Origin: Zygnema circumcarinatum SAG 698-1b
Taxonomy: Eukaryota > Plantae > Zygnematophyceae
Direction of reading: 5' to 3'
Assembly: GCA_037447605.1 (NCBI GenBank)
Contig: CM074815.1
Coordinates: forward strand, 1,922,001 to 1,986,000
DNA length: 64,000 nt
Shown one piece after another: positions 12,201 through 25,219 of the stretch. Positions within the stretch are counted from its first letter, which is position 1. Every line of letters begins with the position of its first letter. The translations under genes and the position numbers were made by a program. The notes beneath the pieces are model-generated. The model saw only the letters and a list, made by a program, of their open reading frames with translations, was not told the DNA's origin and searched no databases.

Positions 12201-14035
12201 GCAGTTTGGAGTGATCGGGAGGGCTGCCCCCCGCAGGACCTTGCAACGCACATTGGGGAGGTGGTGATCAGCAGGAGTCTATGCACCCGACGAAACCCCA
12301 TCAGCATTTCCGCAGCAGCCATCTACTTGTCATGTCAGTTGGAGGACAAACGGCGGACACAGACGGAAATTTGCAAAGCAACCGGTCTTACTGAGGTGCA
12401 GTTCCTCTACTGATAAAGCTCAGTCAAAGTGTGGTATGGAATACACCTTTTTCTGCTTCGACGTTACTCTGCTGTTAATAACGAGGGTTTTTGCGAGTAC
12501 AGCATGGTGCTTTAGAACAAGTGCTTAAGACAGGTCTGCTTGGTGAAGTGTTGCAGGTGACTTTGCGGAAAGTTTATAAGGAGCTTTTAGAGAATTTGGA
12601 CTCTCTGTTGCCCTTACATTATACTCCTGCGGTGCCTCCGGAAAAGGCTTTCCCTGTCACTGCTACCACGATGGGCCGAGGTTCGGCTAACCGGCTTACT
12701 CCCCCACGTGGTGAAGCAGAGGCAGAACAGGGAACAGGGAGTGAGGGGTCTGCCCCATCTGCTCCACCACGCTGGTCAGGTGCTGCTTCACATTCCCTTG
12801 GAGGACATAATGCGGGAGGGAGGATGGGGGGGCATGCATCTGGGGAGACTTCCATGGCTGTAGGAGCTGCTGGAAGAGGGGGAGGAGGGTCTATGGAGAA
12901 GGGAGGAGGGAGTGTGTCTATGGATGGGCGGCAAGAGGACGGTCAGGAGGGGTTGGGAGGTAGAGAGAGACAGGTGCAAGTGAAAAGGGAAGGAACACCG
13001 GAGGGTGAATTGGAAGAGAGGGGAGCGATTGGCTGGGAAGGAGACGGGCGTGGATCAATTGGGTCTCAGCAGCAGCAACAGACAAATATGCTGACCAATT
13101 TCCGGGCTTCCATGATGCCTTTTCCGGGATTGCGGGAAATGCCTCTGATGTGGGGTGCCTCTGTTTCTGCACCGGAGAGACATCCACAAGGAGCAGAGAA
13201 TGCACCCAATACGTCACAGTTTGGATTTCCAGGCATGTTAGAATCAGGTGCTGGTGTAGTATCCCCTCTTTCCACAAATTCCAACCAGCAGGATATGGGG
13301 GGACCTTCAGCGATGGGCTTGGCAGACCTGAAGAGAGAAGCAGCGCATGACAGAGAAATAGAGAAGGAAGAGAGGCAGCGGGACGAGAGAGCTCGCTCAA
13401 GACCAGAGGGTCCTGATAGCAGTTCAGGAAACCCAGTAATGATGGGGCCTCCTTTGCCGTCTCCTGCATTTATCAACGCCATGGCTGCTGCAGCGGCTGG
13501 ACATCCCCCCGCCTTCCCTACATTCCCTGCCAATCTTTGGCCCTTCATAGCAGCAGGGGGGGGGCTATCACCCTCCAATTGGGGGGCCATCATGCAGCAT
13601 CAGCTCATGGCTCAGGGCATCCCATCTGATGGCAGGAGTGCAAGCACAGCCGGCCCTCCTCGAGCCCAAGGGTCCTCTCCTCTCTCCCCTTCCGCCATGC
13701 CCTCTGGTCTACCACCAGGCTTTGCTGAGGCTATGGTACATGGTGGCATGATGGGTCCCAATTCTGGCATGCCCCACATGTGGCCCCCTTTCCATCATAT
13801 GTTGTTTCCGGGAGCTGGAGGAGGCCATGATGGGTCAGCCCAGGGGGGCTTTGGGTTTCAAGACCAAGCAGCTTTCATGCGGGGAGCAGCACAAGGGGCT
13901 AATGGGCAGCAGGCGTATCCTATGCTCAATATGGGGTTGGCTTATCAGCAGGCGCTGATCCAAGAGAAAATGGCTGCAAATTCAGCAGGGATGGTTGCTC
14001 CTCCCTCTGCTCCAGCGCATGATCGCATGCAGTAG
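9297..14035 (+). CDS. PBRP1: Plant-specific TFIIB-related protein 1; exons 9297-10172, 11739-11897, 12237-12395, 12557-14035
   Basis: Zn ribbon [17 protein letters not shown]; SGQLAELER; [18 protein letters not shown]; [70 protein letters not shown]. All introns are phase 0 and intron 2 is GC-AG. Confidence 0.93.
9303..9522 (+). repeat. (GAGAGG)n microsatellite inside the PBRP1 5' coding region
   Basis: About 220 bp of GAGAGG/GAGGGA translating as (ER)n. Confidence 0.9.
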
Positions 14036-15560
14036 GATCGAAAGCTGCAGTTATGCTGCGTTTGGGTTTTAAAGTATTCCTTCATTTTGCTTCCCTTTGT
14101 TTATAATGACTAGGGTACCCTTTCCGGCTTATTAGCCAACTCTCTTTCGTCCATTTTGGGCCTGTTGTGGGGATGCCGTGCTGCCCTCATCTAGGTCATG
14201 CACGGATGTATGCATGGGTGACTTAGGTAGGTGTAGGGAGGAAGCAGAGGCGGAATGTGACAGTTGCCATGTGGTAAACTGGAAACCCACCTTTGTTGCA
14301 CTGTAGCTAGCGTAAAATTTCTGCCAGGAAAACCAGTGACAAGGAGTTTGCATACTTGCAAGTTTTATCATGTATGGAACTCACTAGGGCAGTAAGTACT
14401 CCATTGATGGTATAGTTTAGTTTGTCTAGAAACCTATCCAATGCCACATTCACAATTCTGAGCGTGCATTGGCAACTTGATGGAAGTAAACTAAACTAGA
14501 CCTTTACCGGAGTTCAACCCCAGGATGGATGCGTGGGGAACAGATAAATTACGGTGACAGTTTCCTTGTCTGCACTCTACTCCCCTTTTCTCTTTCTCCC
14601 TTTCGTTCTCTCTTTCTCTGTCTCTCTCACTCTTCTCTATCCTCCTTGCCACTATCTTCCTCCCTCTCCCCCCGGAGGGATGGAGGGTGATGGTTGCGAG
14701 AGAGTGAGAGACAGAGTGAGAGAGAGAAGGGGACAAGGGCATTCTGTTTCCTTATACTACATCTGGCTCGTACACAAGATAAGAGGAGAGCTATGAGGGT
14801 GGTATAGTGATAGCCATTACAGTTTCAAAGTGCGTAAGACTGCTAAAGTCCAAAACATACCCCTTTCTCCGTTTTATATTTTCTTTCCCTCCAAGGAAAG
14901 TGGAAAGTGTCTAAAAATAAAAATGAAATCTCATGGCGATTACAAAAAACACATTGTTGTGCCACAGGATGAAGGACTGAAGGTTGACGGGTTTTCAGCG
15001 TTTTAGGTTCTTTCCAGCCGCAAGCTATCTCACAAGAAGGATGTAAGTGGAGAAATTCAATGTACGAACACGAGGCTGAATTAACCTGGACATAAATTTG
15101 CACTCTGCTACCACTGCTCCCCACAGCCTAGCAGACATCCCGGATTCTGCCACACGCTATGTAGAGGACAAGGTGTGAAACTTTAAAAGTAGAAATGGAC
15201 AGTTCATCTGAGTGCAGGTGCTCGGGCCGGCTCCCCAGAGAAACTTTGAATAAGAGCCGATGACACTGGGATTTACTCTTTACAGAGAAAAAGAGCTTGA
15301 GGCTTTGGGGTTCAACCGGCCTTTGTACACTGTACGAGGTGACTAGCTGCTTGACAACAAAATGAAGGGAGCTTCCAAGATCTTTCCTCTGTCCATAGAG
15401 CCACAGACCCAGAATTTGGGACCGTTCAATAGTCATAACAGACCTTTTTACTTCAACTCGACAAGGAAAGGGTCACCCGCTTGTAACAGTGTGAAAGGTC
15501 CTGATTGGAACCACTCAAAGGAACTTAGTGAGAATATATGTACGAATGGGATGACGCATA

Positions 15561-18500
15561 TCAAGTGTCTGAGCCTGCTGCTGAACTGCTTTCTCCTTCA
15601 TATCGTTGCAGCCTTCGTCTTCTCAAAGTTTCCCTCTCCTGGTCCTCTGCACTTGGAGCTGTCGCACCTTCGGAATCCATAACATAAGGGGATGCGCCTT
15701 CAGGTTCTTCAGAAGTGCCCGCCACCGCATCCTGCCTTGCAGATTCTCCTCCTCGGACACTTGACCCGGATGGCTGGCCAGAGGGATCTGGTGGAAGGTA
15801 CATACCGGCTGAGGGGTCTTGGGCTGCAGCTTGCCGCAACCCCTGCAAGGAGTCTGCCTGAGTCTGCAGCTGCGACATAGCCTGCAACTGCAACTGCATC
15901 ATCTGCGCAACCCAAACCCATCAAAAAAGTCAGAAATATTCAACTGAAGCATTAGGTAGCCTGCAACTGCAACTGCATCATCTGCGCAACCGAAACCTAT
16001 CAAAAAAGTGAGAAATATTCAACTGAAGCATTAGGAAGTCAGAAACATTCGATCAGGACCCATCAAAAAGATTCAGAAACATTCAACAAAGACCTAATGC
16101 GAAGTCAGAAGTCGCTATGGTGACTTCCTTATTAACGAGCAAGACGCCAACATCAAGGTAGTCCGGGGCAATCCATGTCAAAGATGGATAAAAGCAGTCA
16201 GAGTTCGAGGTGATGGCATATACCAATTGAGCTAAACCGGCTGGCGAGGAAGGCGCTGAACCCCCAGCCAAACCCCCTCCTCCACCTGCTCTATCGCCAT
16301 TTGCAACTCCCTCTGGAGGAGCCTGCCCACCAGGGGCATACAGACCATAGAATGGCAAGCCTGCATAAGGCCAACCTCCCATGGCAAGATGGGCCTGAGC
16401 CTGCGCTGTCCATGCTGCAGCCATGGTTGCTTGCATCTGCATCCTTGCAGCAAGTTGGGCTTGTGCATCCGACAGTGAAGGATAAGGAGAAGGCGGCCCA
16501 AACAAATTTCCACCCTGGCTGCCTGCGGAGGTGGTAGAGGGTTGATGGAGATTAACATTTCCATTGGCTGCAGCAGGATCAGGGCCGGGCATGGCCATAG
16601 GTGGCATGACTGGAAGGACAAAAGGAGCCTGCATAAAGTACTGTTGGCGCTCATTTTGTTGGAGCTGCTGCTGGTTCACATATGGATTATAGACGTGATA
16701 CCTGGAGAATAGCACCTAAACTAAGTGAGTGAAGTGGTCTGATAAAGTTACATTAGCTCCAGTCCAACATAAATGGTCGCTCAAAGTTGAAAGCAACGTC
16801 TCCCATAAGCCAGTTTTACCCCTCCATATAATAAACCATAAAGCCTACTTGTTTAAATATTACCAAACGGCATTCAACTCTCCAGAAACTGGCGATTGTT
16901 CCCCAAACGTGTTGAGAAAGTGGTAGAGAAAGTCACACCTCTCGACACTTATCTAAATGACTTTGCTGTGATGAGAAGCACAGAACCAGCACTCTTCTCT
17001 CAGAGCCGGCATACAATAAACTTCTTCATCTCCTGAGAATAGCAAATCGGCACCGCCAAGAGAAGTCTTCATTCTTTGGGACGTGCTCACGATACTGATT
17101 ACCTAAACAAAATTCTGAAATTCCTTGAATGTCAAACATGGCAAATATTACACACCCTTCTCGCCTCGGCAACTAAAAGGCCAGAAAACTAGCTTACGGG
17201 TCATTGATACGCCTCCAAACGGGATACATTCCGGCCATCCCCAGTTGTGCAGCTGCAGCCGCAGCCTGCATCTGAGCATGCATGTCGACTCCATAGTTTT
17301 GCCCCATGCCACCATACTGGGGTACAAGATTAGGTGGAGCTGCACCATGCACCTGCCCATCGACCACCTGAGCAGCTGCAGGAAGAAAGAGCAAACGAAC
17401 AGAGTAAAAGGAAAATGCTAAGCAATAATCACGGTGTACAAAATACCAGACTAACCTTACGGCCTTTTTAGGAAAACAATCATAAAACCGGAAGAAAACA
17501 AAACCTCCTCAAACCAATAAACCCCTTCGTAATCTGAGCTCCGAATTTATGAAAACTCGGCATCTGCAGCAACTGGTGTGCAAGACATCGAAACTTTCAA
17601 ATCATTCTCCCCTTCACTGCCTCTCCATCCTTTCTCCACCTGAAAGATAGAAAATGAGGACAGGGATGGCAAATCGAAGCACTGTTTTTGAAAAATGACT
17701 CATAATGGTACATTCATTAAAATAACACTCGTAAGATGATTTCCCTGGAGAGAAACAGCTCAATGTTTTACAGTGAGGCGATAAGTGCGTCAAAACATCC
17801 TGACGCGTGTTCTAATTCTAACCAACGCAAACCCACCGTCTGCTCCAGGCTGTAGGGGTTGCTGGCGTGCACCATTGGCTGCATTTGCGGCTGCCTCTTG
17901 CTCTGATGGAAGGAGGGGGGAACGGCAGGTAGGACATGTCTGTTGCCGCTCAAGCCAAGAACGGAGGCAGTGGACGTGAAATAGATGGCCACACGGAAGC
18001 TTCTTTGCAGTTGACATCTCCTCACGACAGATGATGCATGTTGCATCACCTCTGTCACGCACAAAAACAGTGACAACACAGTATAAACAAGAAGAAAAAC
18101 AAGAACAGAAAATAAGGGCTCTAGCAAGCTGTCTATTCTAGTTCGAAAAATGTCAGCTACAGCTTGTACATTCCACCTAAACGAAAAAATATGATCTTTG
18201 CCTTCTGATTGTCAGACGAAGCCGAAGGCATTTGATGTTTACTTATAGGGAGGCACAAGGACAAGGGGCACAAGCACAGAGTCACCAGGATAGAGCTTTC
18301 TTAACTAATGACTGATTCTAAAGAAAAGGTGACAAGTAAAAAATTGTGTCAAATCCCTCTCCCCCCACAAACCATACCTGCCAAGCTCTTCAGGTGTCGC
18401 ATCAACAAAACGGTCATTCAGATTTGATGTGATTCGACGATAGCGAATGAAATCCGCCACACGAGCTTTGAAGTTACGGAAAGTCTCGTACAAATCACGG

Positions 18501-19570
18501 ACTAAATGAAGAGGCAGACCATAGTATCTGCAATCATATCCTCCTCTGCTTTTCCCCTCAAGTTCTTCTGAAACAATCTGTGCCTAGTTATTTACATTCT
18601 TACAATTCTGCCGACTTGAGTCATGGAAATGAGAATCATGAGTGAGATAATAATTAGTCTATATCATACTTCAGTTTATTTTACAAAAAAAAGGGATCAA
18701 AGAGAAACAAGTCTGATGATTAGGTACGTACGCGAAGACGATTAGGAAGAAGACAAGGTATACAAAAAGATGGAACAAGTCCCTGATCAGCTCCAAGTAG
18801 AACACGTAGACAGCCTTGTTGTCCCATTGGCCTTCCATAACGACATCAAGTGCATACAGAAGATACTTCAAGAATGTTGCCACAGTTGAGGAAGCCAAAA
18901 TCATATACCTGTATCCCAAGGAAAGAACATCCCCTAGTTCAAAGGACATTCAAGTACTCGGAGTTCAATCAGCAAGTTGCAAAACTTTGCAAGGGGTGAG
19001 AAATAAGGTCAATAGAGCGGCTTACTCAAATGCAAAGAGAACGAGGACAGATGGACGCTTTTGTTTCAAAATGTGTGACACCGCATGAGTTACTGCGTAG
19101 TGCAAAAACATGCAATCGACCGCCAGAAGTATTCCCATGAACGCCACGATCCGGAAATGTGAAAGACGTGATACTGATGGTGTTGTCTCAATGTACTCAA
19201 CGCGTTTTTGCGACAACCAGTGAAAGATTTTGACAAAGAGAAGGGCCGTGAACATTGCGAGGAAGGACATGTTGAACTCGTCGCGGAAAATTGTCATGGC
19301 CAAGCAGGTCTCCATGATCTCATGCCGAGATAACTCGTAGAGACGTTCGACCTCAGCCTCCCTTAGGGTTCCTAAGAATACTGTTTTCACCAGCTGTCCA
19401 AACAATACAGTGAGGACAAAGGCCATGTTCCCAAGCACCACCACGCTGATCTTGGAAGTTGCAAGGAACAGCATGGCGGGATAGAATTGCTCTCTGGTAT
19501 AATAGGCATGATAGATTACTCCGACCGTTGCCAAAGTGCTCGCCAGAGCATACTTCCCTAACCCTATCAT
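15561..19570 (-). CDS. HRD1: ERAD E3 ubiquitin ligase HRD1 (multi-TM + RING-H2); 7 coding exons
   Basis: TM region EQFYPAMLFL..FLGTLREAEVERL..METCLAMTIFRDEF..KIFHWLSQKRVEYIET; WDNKAVYVFYLELIRDL; YYGLPLHLVRDLYETFRNFK; RING CIICREEM..KKLPCGHLFHVHCLRSWLERQQTCPTCR; C-terminal ETLRRRRLQRY. Confidence 0.95.
15878..16035. repeat. 79-bp tandem duplication spanning the last 3' splice site of HRD1
   Basis: Near-identical copies at 15878-15956 and 15957-16035. Confidence 0.92.
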
Positions 19571-20548
19571 CCTCGCTCAGATTCACCAAACGCGCCAGCT
19601 GCCGAGGTAATTTACCAGTGCTCGCGACAATGCAATTGCATATATCCGAATATTGATAGAAATTATCTTTTACTTCAGTTTACTCGCTTCCCTGCCCCTC
19701 TGCCCCCTGGATGAGGCTGCTGCAATTGCCAGACACCTGCAAGCAGCGATATGCTGCAAAATCTACCAAAAAAAAGATCAAACAAAAAGTGGAAGGATGT
19801 TTAAAGGACTAACTGAACTCTCCTCTTGCTCAGAGCCCTTCTGACAGCAACCTGCAAGCCATGAATATCTGACAACGTTGACGATCCATGGCTGCCCCTC
19901 CAAGGAGAAGCAAAAGCAGTTTCCGCTGGAGCTGATTCTACGCCTGGGTTAGCATCAGGTGGATCCTATCGAACACCCGGATCAATGGTAGACGAGACGT
20001 CGAATTCTGTAGACTCTCACCTTGCATTGGCTGGTCTTCTGAATCCTGGGCGATGACTGGTTGATCTACTTTCCGTTGCGTGAGTTCCACTTCATTGCTT
20101 GGTTCAATGCTCGAGGCTCGCGAGTCAAAGCCCCAAATCTCAAGGCCATTTTTGGAAGGAGACCGAAATGTTTCAGGTTTCTGGTTTGTGGTCGCAACTC
20201 GAGCCTGCTACAGCCGTGGGCTTGTCGAGGTTGCGGCCTGGCTGTAGCCCCGCCCATATCCATTGATTGACCCATTGCTAATGTGCTACAGTGATACAGC
20301 CGACACCCAGGTTTGTGGTGTCAAACTCGCACCAGTGCCGTCCGTGACTGGTGACTGACTGGCCATCCCTTGGTCAGCCCTCTCTCCCTCCCACTCTCTC
20401 TCCCTCCCTCCCTGTTTGACCTAACTTGCGCTACGCCTCCCCACGTCTCTCTCTCTCGCTCGCATCTCTCTCTCTCTCTCTCTTCCAGCCTTCCTGCCCC
20501 TCCCTCCATCCCTCCCCGGCTCCCTCCTGCAGGCGTCGGCGCGTCGCC

Positions 20549-22227
20549 ATGAGGTGAGCAACCTGTCACTATCTCCGGAGGGAGAGGAGAAGGCGGGAGA
20601 GGGGCGCGTCGCTCGTCACTTTTCTGACATTAACGTTGAAATTGAAATCTCATTCTGCAGAAATGAGATTAAACTCAGAGCAGAAAATATAGTGATGTTT
20701 GGCAGCCAAATGCATTTCTGTGCACTAACACCGTCGTTGCATCTATCTTCTCCTTTCTCTCCCGCTGCCTCTCTTCACTTTCTCTTCTTTCACTGTCGTC
20801 TGTTACCCTCCGCGTTCATCCTTCATCTCTGGCTGTAACGGTGGGAGCTTCGCAGCCGCCCTATGGAGGAAGATACGGTACGCTTAATTAGAAAACTTTG
20901 CGCCCTGGGTTTTGAAACTGCAGCTTTCAGGGTTTTGGCTGACGAAATTGCACGAGTTCTCGCTTACAATTGTTCTTTTTTATACCTTTTTTTGATGAGT
21001 TTTTTGATAGAGCTATGCGATTTCTTTCCTGTACATGGGTGTGGGAGCAGGTGGAGAAGGTGGAGCAGCAAGAGCTGAGCACGGGGCCTTTGTCAGTTCT
21101 GACGATGAGTGTTAAGCACAATACTCAGGTGAAGTAGACACAGGAGAAGCACAAGTGGGAAGCAGAAAAAGCAGATGCAGAGTTTATAAGGAATTCAGAG
21201 ACTCGAAGACGTCTGATACTGGTAGCAGAGTCAGGTGTTGAATGGGACACGTATGCTTGATATAGAAAATCCTTCGAGGGAATTTGAGTTGTAAGCATCA
21301 TAGTCTGAATTTGAGGGGTTTTCAGTCCCTCCCTTTGCTCTTCCCTTTTCCCCCTCTCTCTTTTCCTCTTCTCACTTCTTCGTTCGTTTCGCTCCTGAGG
21401 AAGAGTGCGTATGACTAGACGGAACGAGAGAACATATTTTTGTGAAAGCATTAGAGGCGGGAGAGCTAAATTGCTCTTAAATGTGGTTGGCATTATGACG
21501 CTCCTTAGGTTTTTTCCTGAAGTTAAGTATGCTAAATGTGCATCTTTTTGCAAATCAACTTCCCTAACCCGGTCTCTGGAACCCCTGGCTGAACGGGCTT
21601 CATTCATAACCTATTTGGACATTTTTATGAGCTTATTGTTTCCAAATTGATGTTAAATCTCGTTATGTTGTATCTCCCTTGATTGGATGGTGCAGGTGCT
21701 TATCAATTGTCGGAACAATCGAAAGCTTTTAGGTCGTGTGAAGGCATTCGATCGCCACTGTAACATGGTGCTCGAGAATGTGAAGGAGATGTGGACTGAG
21801 GTATAATACTGTGACAGATTCTATCCTCAGGAGGTCCTTTAATGCATATGGAGTCCACATGCAGATTCATCTGCAGCTTACGAATGTTTAATGTTTCGTT
21901 AGTTGATTCTTATGCTCTAATAAGTCTAACGGACTGGTTAGGTGAAAAACTTTGTGAATATGATCATCACCGCTAAGGATTTGCAGGTTGCGTTCTTTTG
22001 ATGTAGCGGTGTTTTTATGAATCTACTGCAGGCACTTTTGGTTTTCTGGGTACTTGATCCCCTTCATGTTTGCTCCAATTGAACTTTCCTTTCTCGTCTT
22101 GTTCTTGCAGGTTCCTAAGACAGGAAAGGGAAAGAAGAAGGCAAAGCCGGTGAACAAGGACCGGTTCATTAGCAAGCTGTTTTTGCGAGGAGACTCCGTC
22201 ATCATCGTCCTCAGAAACCCGAAATAA
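20549..22227 (+). CDS. SmD2: Small nuclear ribonucleoprotein Sm D2; exons 20549-20553, 20856-20877, 21051-21128, 21696-21800, 22111-22227
   Basis: Spliced product [108 protein letters not shown], with canonical splice sites. Confidence 0.96.
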
Positions 22228-22962
22228 GTCCTAAGCAGTAGTCTATCACCTACTATCACTCGGCAGAGGCTCAGAACATGGCGATGTAAGACCATGGTAT
22301 TTGCCTACAGATCTATAAGGATTCCATGCTCCCTTGGCTTGCTGGAGAAGGTCGACTGAAGGAAGGCCCATGTACCTTACCAGGTATCCTGTTCTTGTTT
22401 GTGTTCATCCTTAGCAAAGGCGCGTTGCAGAGGAAGGTCCTTGGCATGCTTTCATGGCATTTGGGCAATAGGATGTTCGTAAGGCAACCTCTGTGCTGGA
22501 GAGCTTAAGTAGCAGAATGCGCAGCTTACCATTCAACCCGAAGTCTATTGTAAAGCAGAGCGCCAATGTGCCACCTTTTGGGGTTGAGAGAATGTCTAAT
22601 GTGAGAGGTCCACGCTCTCCTGCTTTACGAATTGCAATGGCTACTTCTGTGTGGGCCTTTCAGTTGAGCCATGTCGGTTGGCTTATGCTTACGGTTGGTA
22701 GGACCATGCCATGGTATTGATGGGCCATCTTGCGAACGTGCATAGACACACGATGAATAATTTCTGTTTCGCTTAAAAATGTATAAATATGTAGAAAATA
22801 AGCTTAGTTCTCCTGCATGTTTGCTATACTTCCAAAGCTCAAGGTTAGCATAATCGGCGGTTGAAATGCGAGGCTGGTCATCCTTCTCGGGTAGCCAACG
22901 TTTCGCCTTTCAGGTTGACTTGTAGGTATTGCGATAAAGCGAGCATGGCAGCAATGGCGACC

Positions 22963-23865
22963 AGCTTGGTTGGCAACCAGTCGAATGGTTGCCAACCATT
23001 GGCACCCACTGGTTCCGACCCATTCGAATGCTTGTTTCGATCCGGCGCCAATGGTTGGCAGCCAGTCGAATGGTTGCCAACCATTGGCACCCACTGGTTC
23101 CGACCCATTCGAATGCTTGTTTCATCCGGCGCCAATGGTTGGCAGCCAGTCGAATAGTTGCCAACCATTGGCACCCACCGGTTCCGACCCATTCGAATGC
23201 TTGTTTCGATCCGGCGCCAATGGTTGGCAGCCAGTCGAATGGTTGCCAGCCATTGGCACCCACCGGTTCCGACCCATTCGAATGCTTGTTTCGATCCGGC
23301 GCCAATGGTTGGCAGCCAGTCGAATGGTTGCCAGCCATTGGCACCCACCGGTTCCGACCCATTCGAATGCTTGTTTCGATCCGGCGCCAATGGTTGGCAG
23401 CCAGTCGCATGGTTGCCAGCCATTGGCACCCACCGGTTCCGACCCATTCGAATGCTTGTTTCGATCCGGCGCCAATGGTTGGCAGCCAGTCGAATGGTTG
23501 CCAACATTGGCAACCACTGGTCCCGACCCATTCGAATGCTTGTTTCGATCCGGCGCCAATGGTTGGCAGCCAGTCCAATGGTTGGCAGCCAGTCGAATGG
23601 TTACCAACCATTGGCACCCACTGGTTCCGACCCATTCGAATGCTTGTTTCGATCCGTCGCCAATGGTTGGCAACCAATCGAATGGTTGCCAACCATTTGC
23701 CAACCATTGGCATCCAACAATTCGAATTAGTTGTTTCAATCCGGCGCCAATGGTTGGCAACCGGTCAAACGGTTGCCAACCATTGGCATCCACTCGTCCC
23801 GAACCATTCGAATAGTTGTTTCGATCCAGCGCCAATGGTTGGCAGCCAGTCCAATGGTTGGCCTA
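22963..23865. repeat. Tandem array of about 10 copies of an 85-bp unit, with a 21-bp-stem hairpin formed once per repeat
   Basis: Unit ccattggcacccactggttccgacccattcgaatgcttgtttcgatccggcgccaatggttggcagccagtcgaatggttgccaa. Period 85 (tcgaatggtt at 22981 and 23066). Confidence 0.95.
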
Positions 23866-24375
23866 ATGGTCCGACTTGTGCAAGGCCTCGGGCTTCCCCG
23901 AGCCCTCTTCGTACACTCAGCCACGTGGCGCCCGCCCAGCCCCCCACGTCCACGTGGCAACCCCTTCGCCCGCCGCCGATCGTCGCCACGACCGCGCCCT
24001 GAAGTCCCTATGTTTCCCGTCTGGTCAAGATCCAGTTAGTCATGACTAAAGAAACACGAACCAATCGTGGAGTGACACGTGGCAATCATTTCGCTCTGAT
24101 TGGGCCAAAAAAATGAATTGCCGCATTGATGGGTTCCCGCTGGAAGCGCCTGCGCGCGACACGTGTCCCTGCAGGAGGAGGGTGAGGCCAGAAGCGGGAG
24201 GGAGGCTGCCAGTGGCGCTGAAAGACCTGCAGGGGGTGTGGACTGCCAGCTGGCAGCGTGTCGTACTGCCACGTGGTGCTGCGGAGAGGAGGGAGCCATG
24301 GCCATGGTGAGAGTGGGGATGAGTGCTGCAGGATGAGAAGGTATGGCTGCACGTTAAAAGCTTGAAAACTCAAAA

Positions 24376-24515
24376 TTAGGGTTAGAGGGAGAGTGACGTG
24401 TCGGGAAGATTTGGGTTCAAGAAGAGACTAAAGTTGAGGTCAAAGCTAGAGTTTAAGGTTAGAGTTAGGCTGTGGTAAAAGTTAGAGTCACAGTTTGGAC
24501 TGAGTTTGGATTAGA
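24376..24515 (+). repeat. Degenerate TTAGGG-like hexamer tract
   Basis: ttagggttagag..aggttagagttaggc..agttagag with roughly 6-bp periodicity. Confidence 0.55.
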
Positions 24516-25219
24516 GAGAAATATGGTGTCGTTTTCTTGGGTTTTTTAAATTACTCACTGAAACCGGCAAGAGCGCTTTGAGCTACCTTTCATATGAACA
24601 TGCTGAAAAGAAAATCAGCCAACTGTCGTTTGTGCCCTTTGCCACCATCCTCGCCCTCCTCCCTTCCTCCCTCTGCCCCTCTACAGGCCTTTCTCCTATT
24701 TCTCCGCTCCTTTCCTTCTTAACGTCCGTCTGTATCTCTCCTTCTTCTCATAACTCTTTCCCTCTCCTCTCCTTTTCCTTCTCTCCCCCTCGCCTTCTCC
24801 CTCTCTCCAACCCGCCCCCTCCTCCCCCCCCTTCTCTCTCTGCGTCTCTCTATCTCCCTTTCACTCTCGGCCTCCTACTATCACCATTTTCCGTAAGCAT
24901 GTACCCTTTTGCGTTTCCCTGACAGTAACAGCTCACAAGAAAAACAGCAACACTCAAGCCTATCTCCACTTGTCAGCAGTGTAGGGCCTACTAGCATCTT
25001 TGATCAGGACTTTGAAACAACCACTCTAAGCACTCTTCTAAGCACAGCAGTACTGACAAAAACCCGAACGTGAACAACACTCATTTTAGTGCTGTTAAAG
25101 GTTCGAGTATGAGAGCTACCCTATCTGACATGATCATGATCTTCACATGCACAGCTCTCATTCACGTGCCCATCACATGTAATTTGCGATATTCTCAGGT
25201 GACAGGGAACACAAAACGA

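Noticed and set aside
14843-15436. ORFs of 93-102 aa downstream of HRD1
   Set aside because: No recognisable motif or exon chain; probably 3' UTR or intergenic.
22963-23865. CRISPR-like array (palindromic repeats at regular spacing)
   Set aside because: The inter-hairpin segments are near-identical rather than unique spacers, no cas genes are present, and the context is eukaryotic.
22878-24002. Many long overlapping ORFs on both strands (190-337 aa)
   Set aside because: They arise from a stop-poor 85-bp repeat whose period is not a multiple of 3. There is no coding signature.
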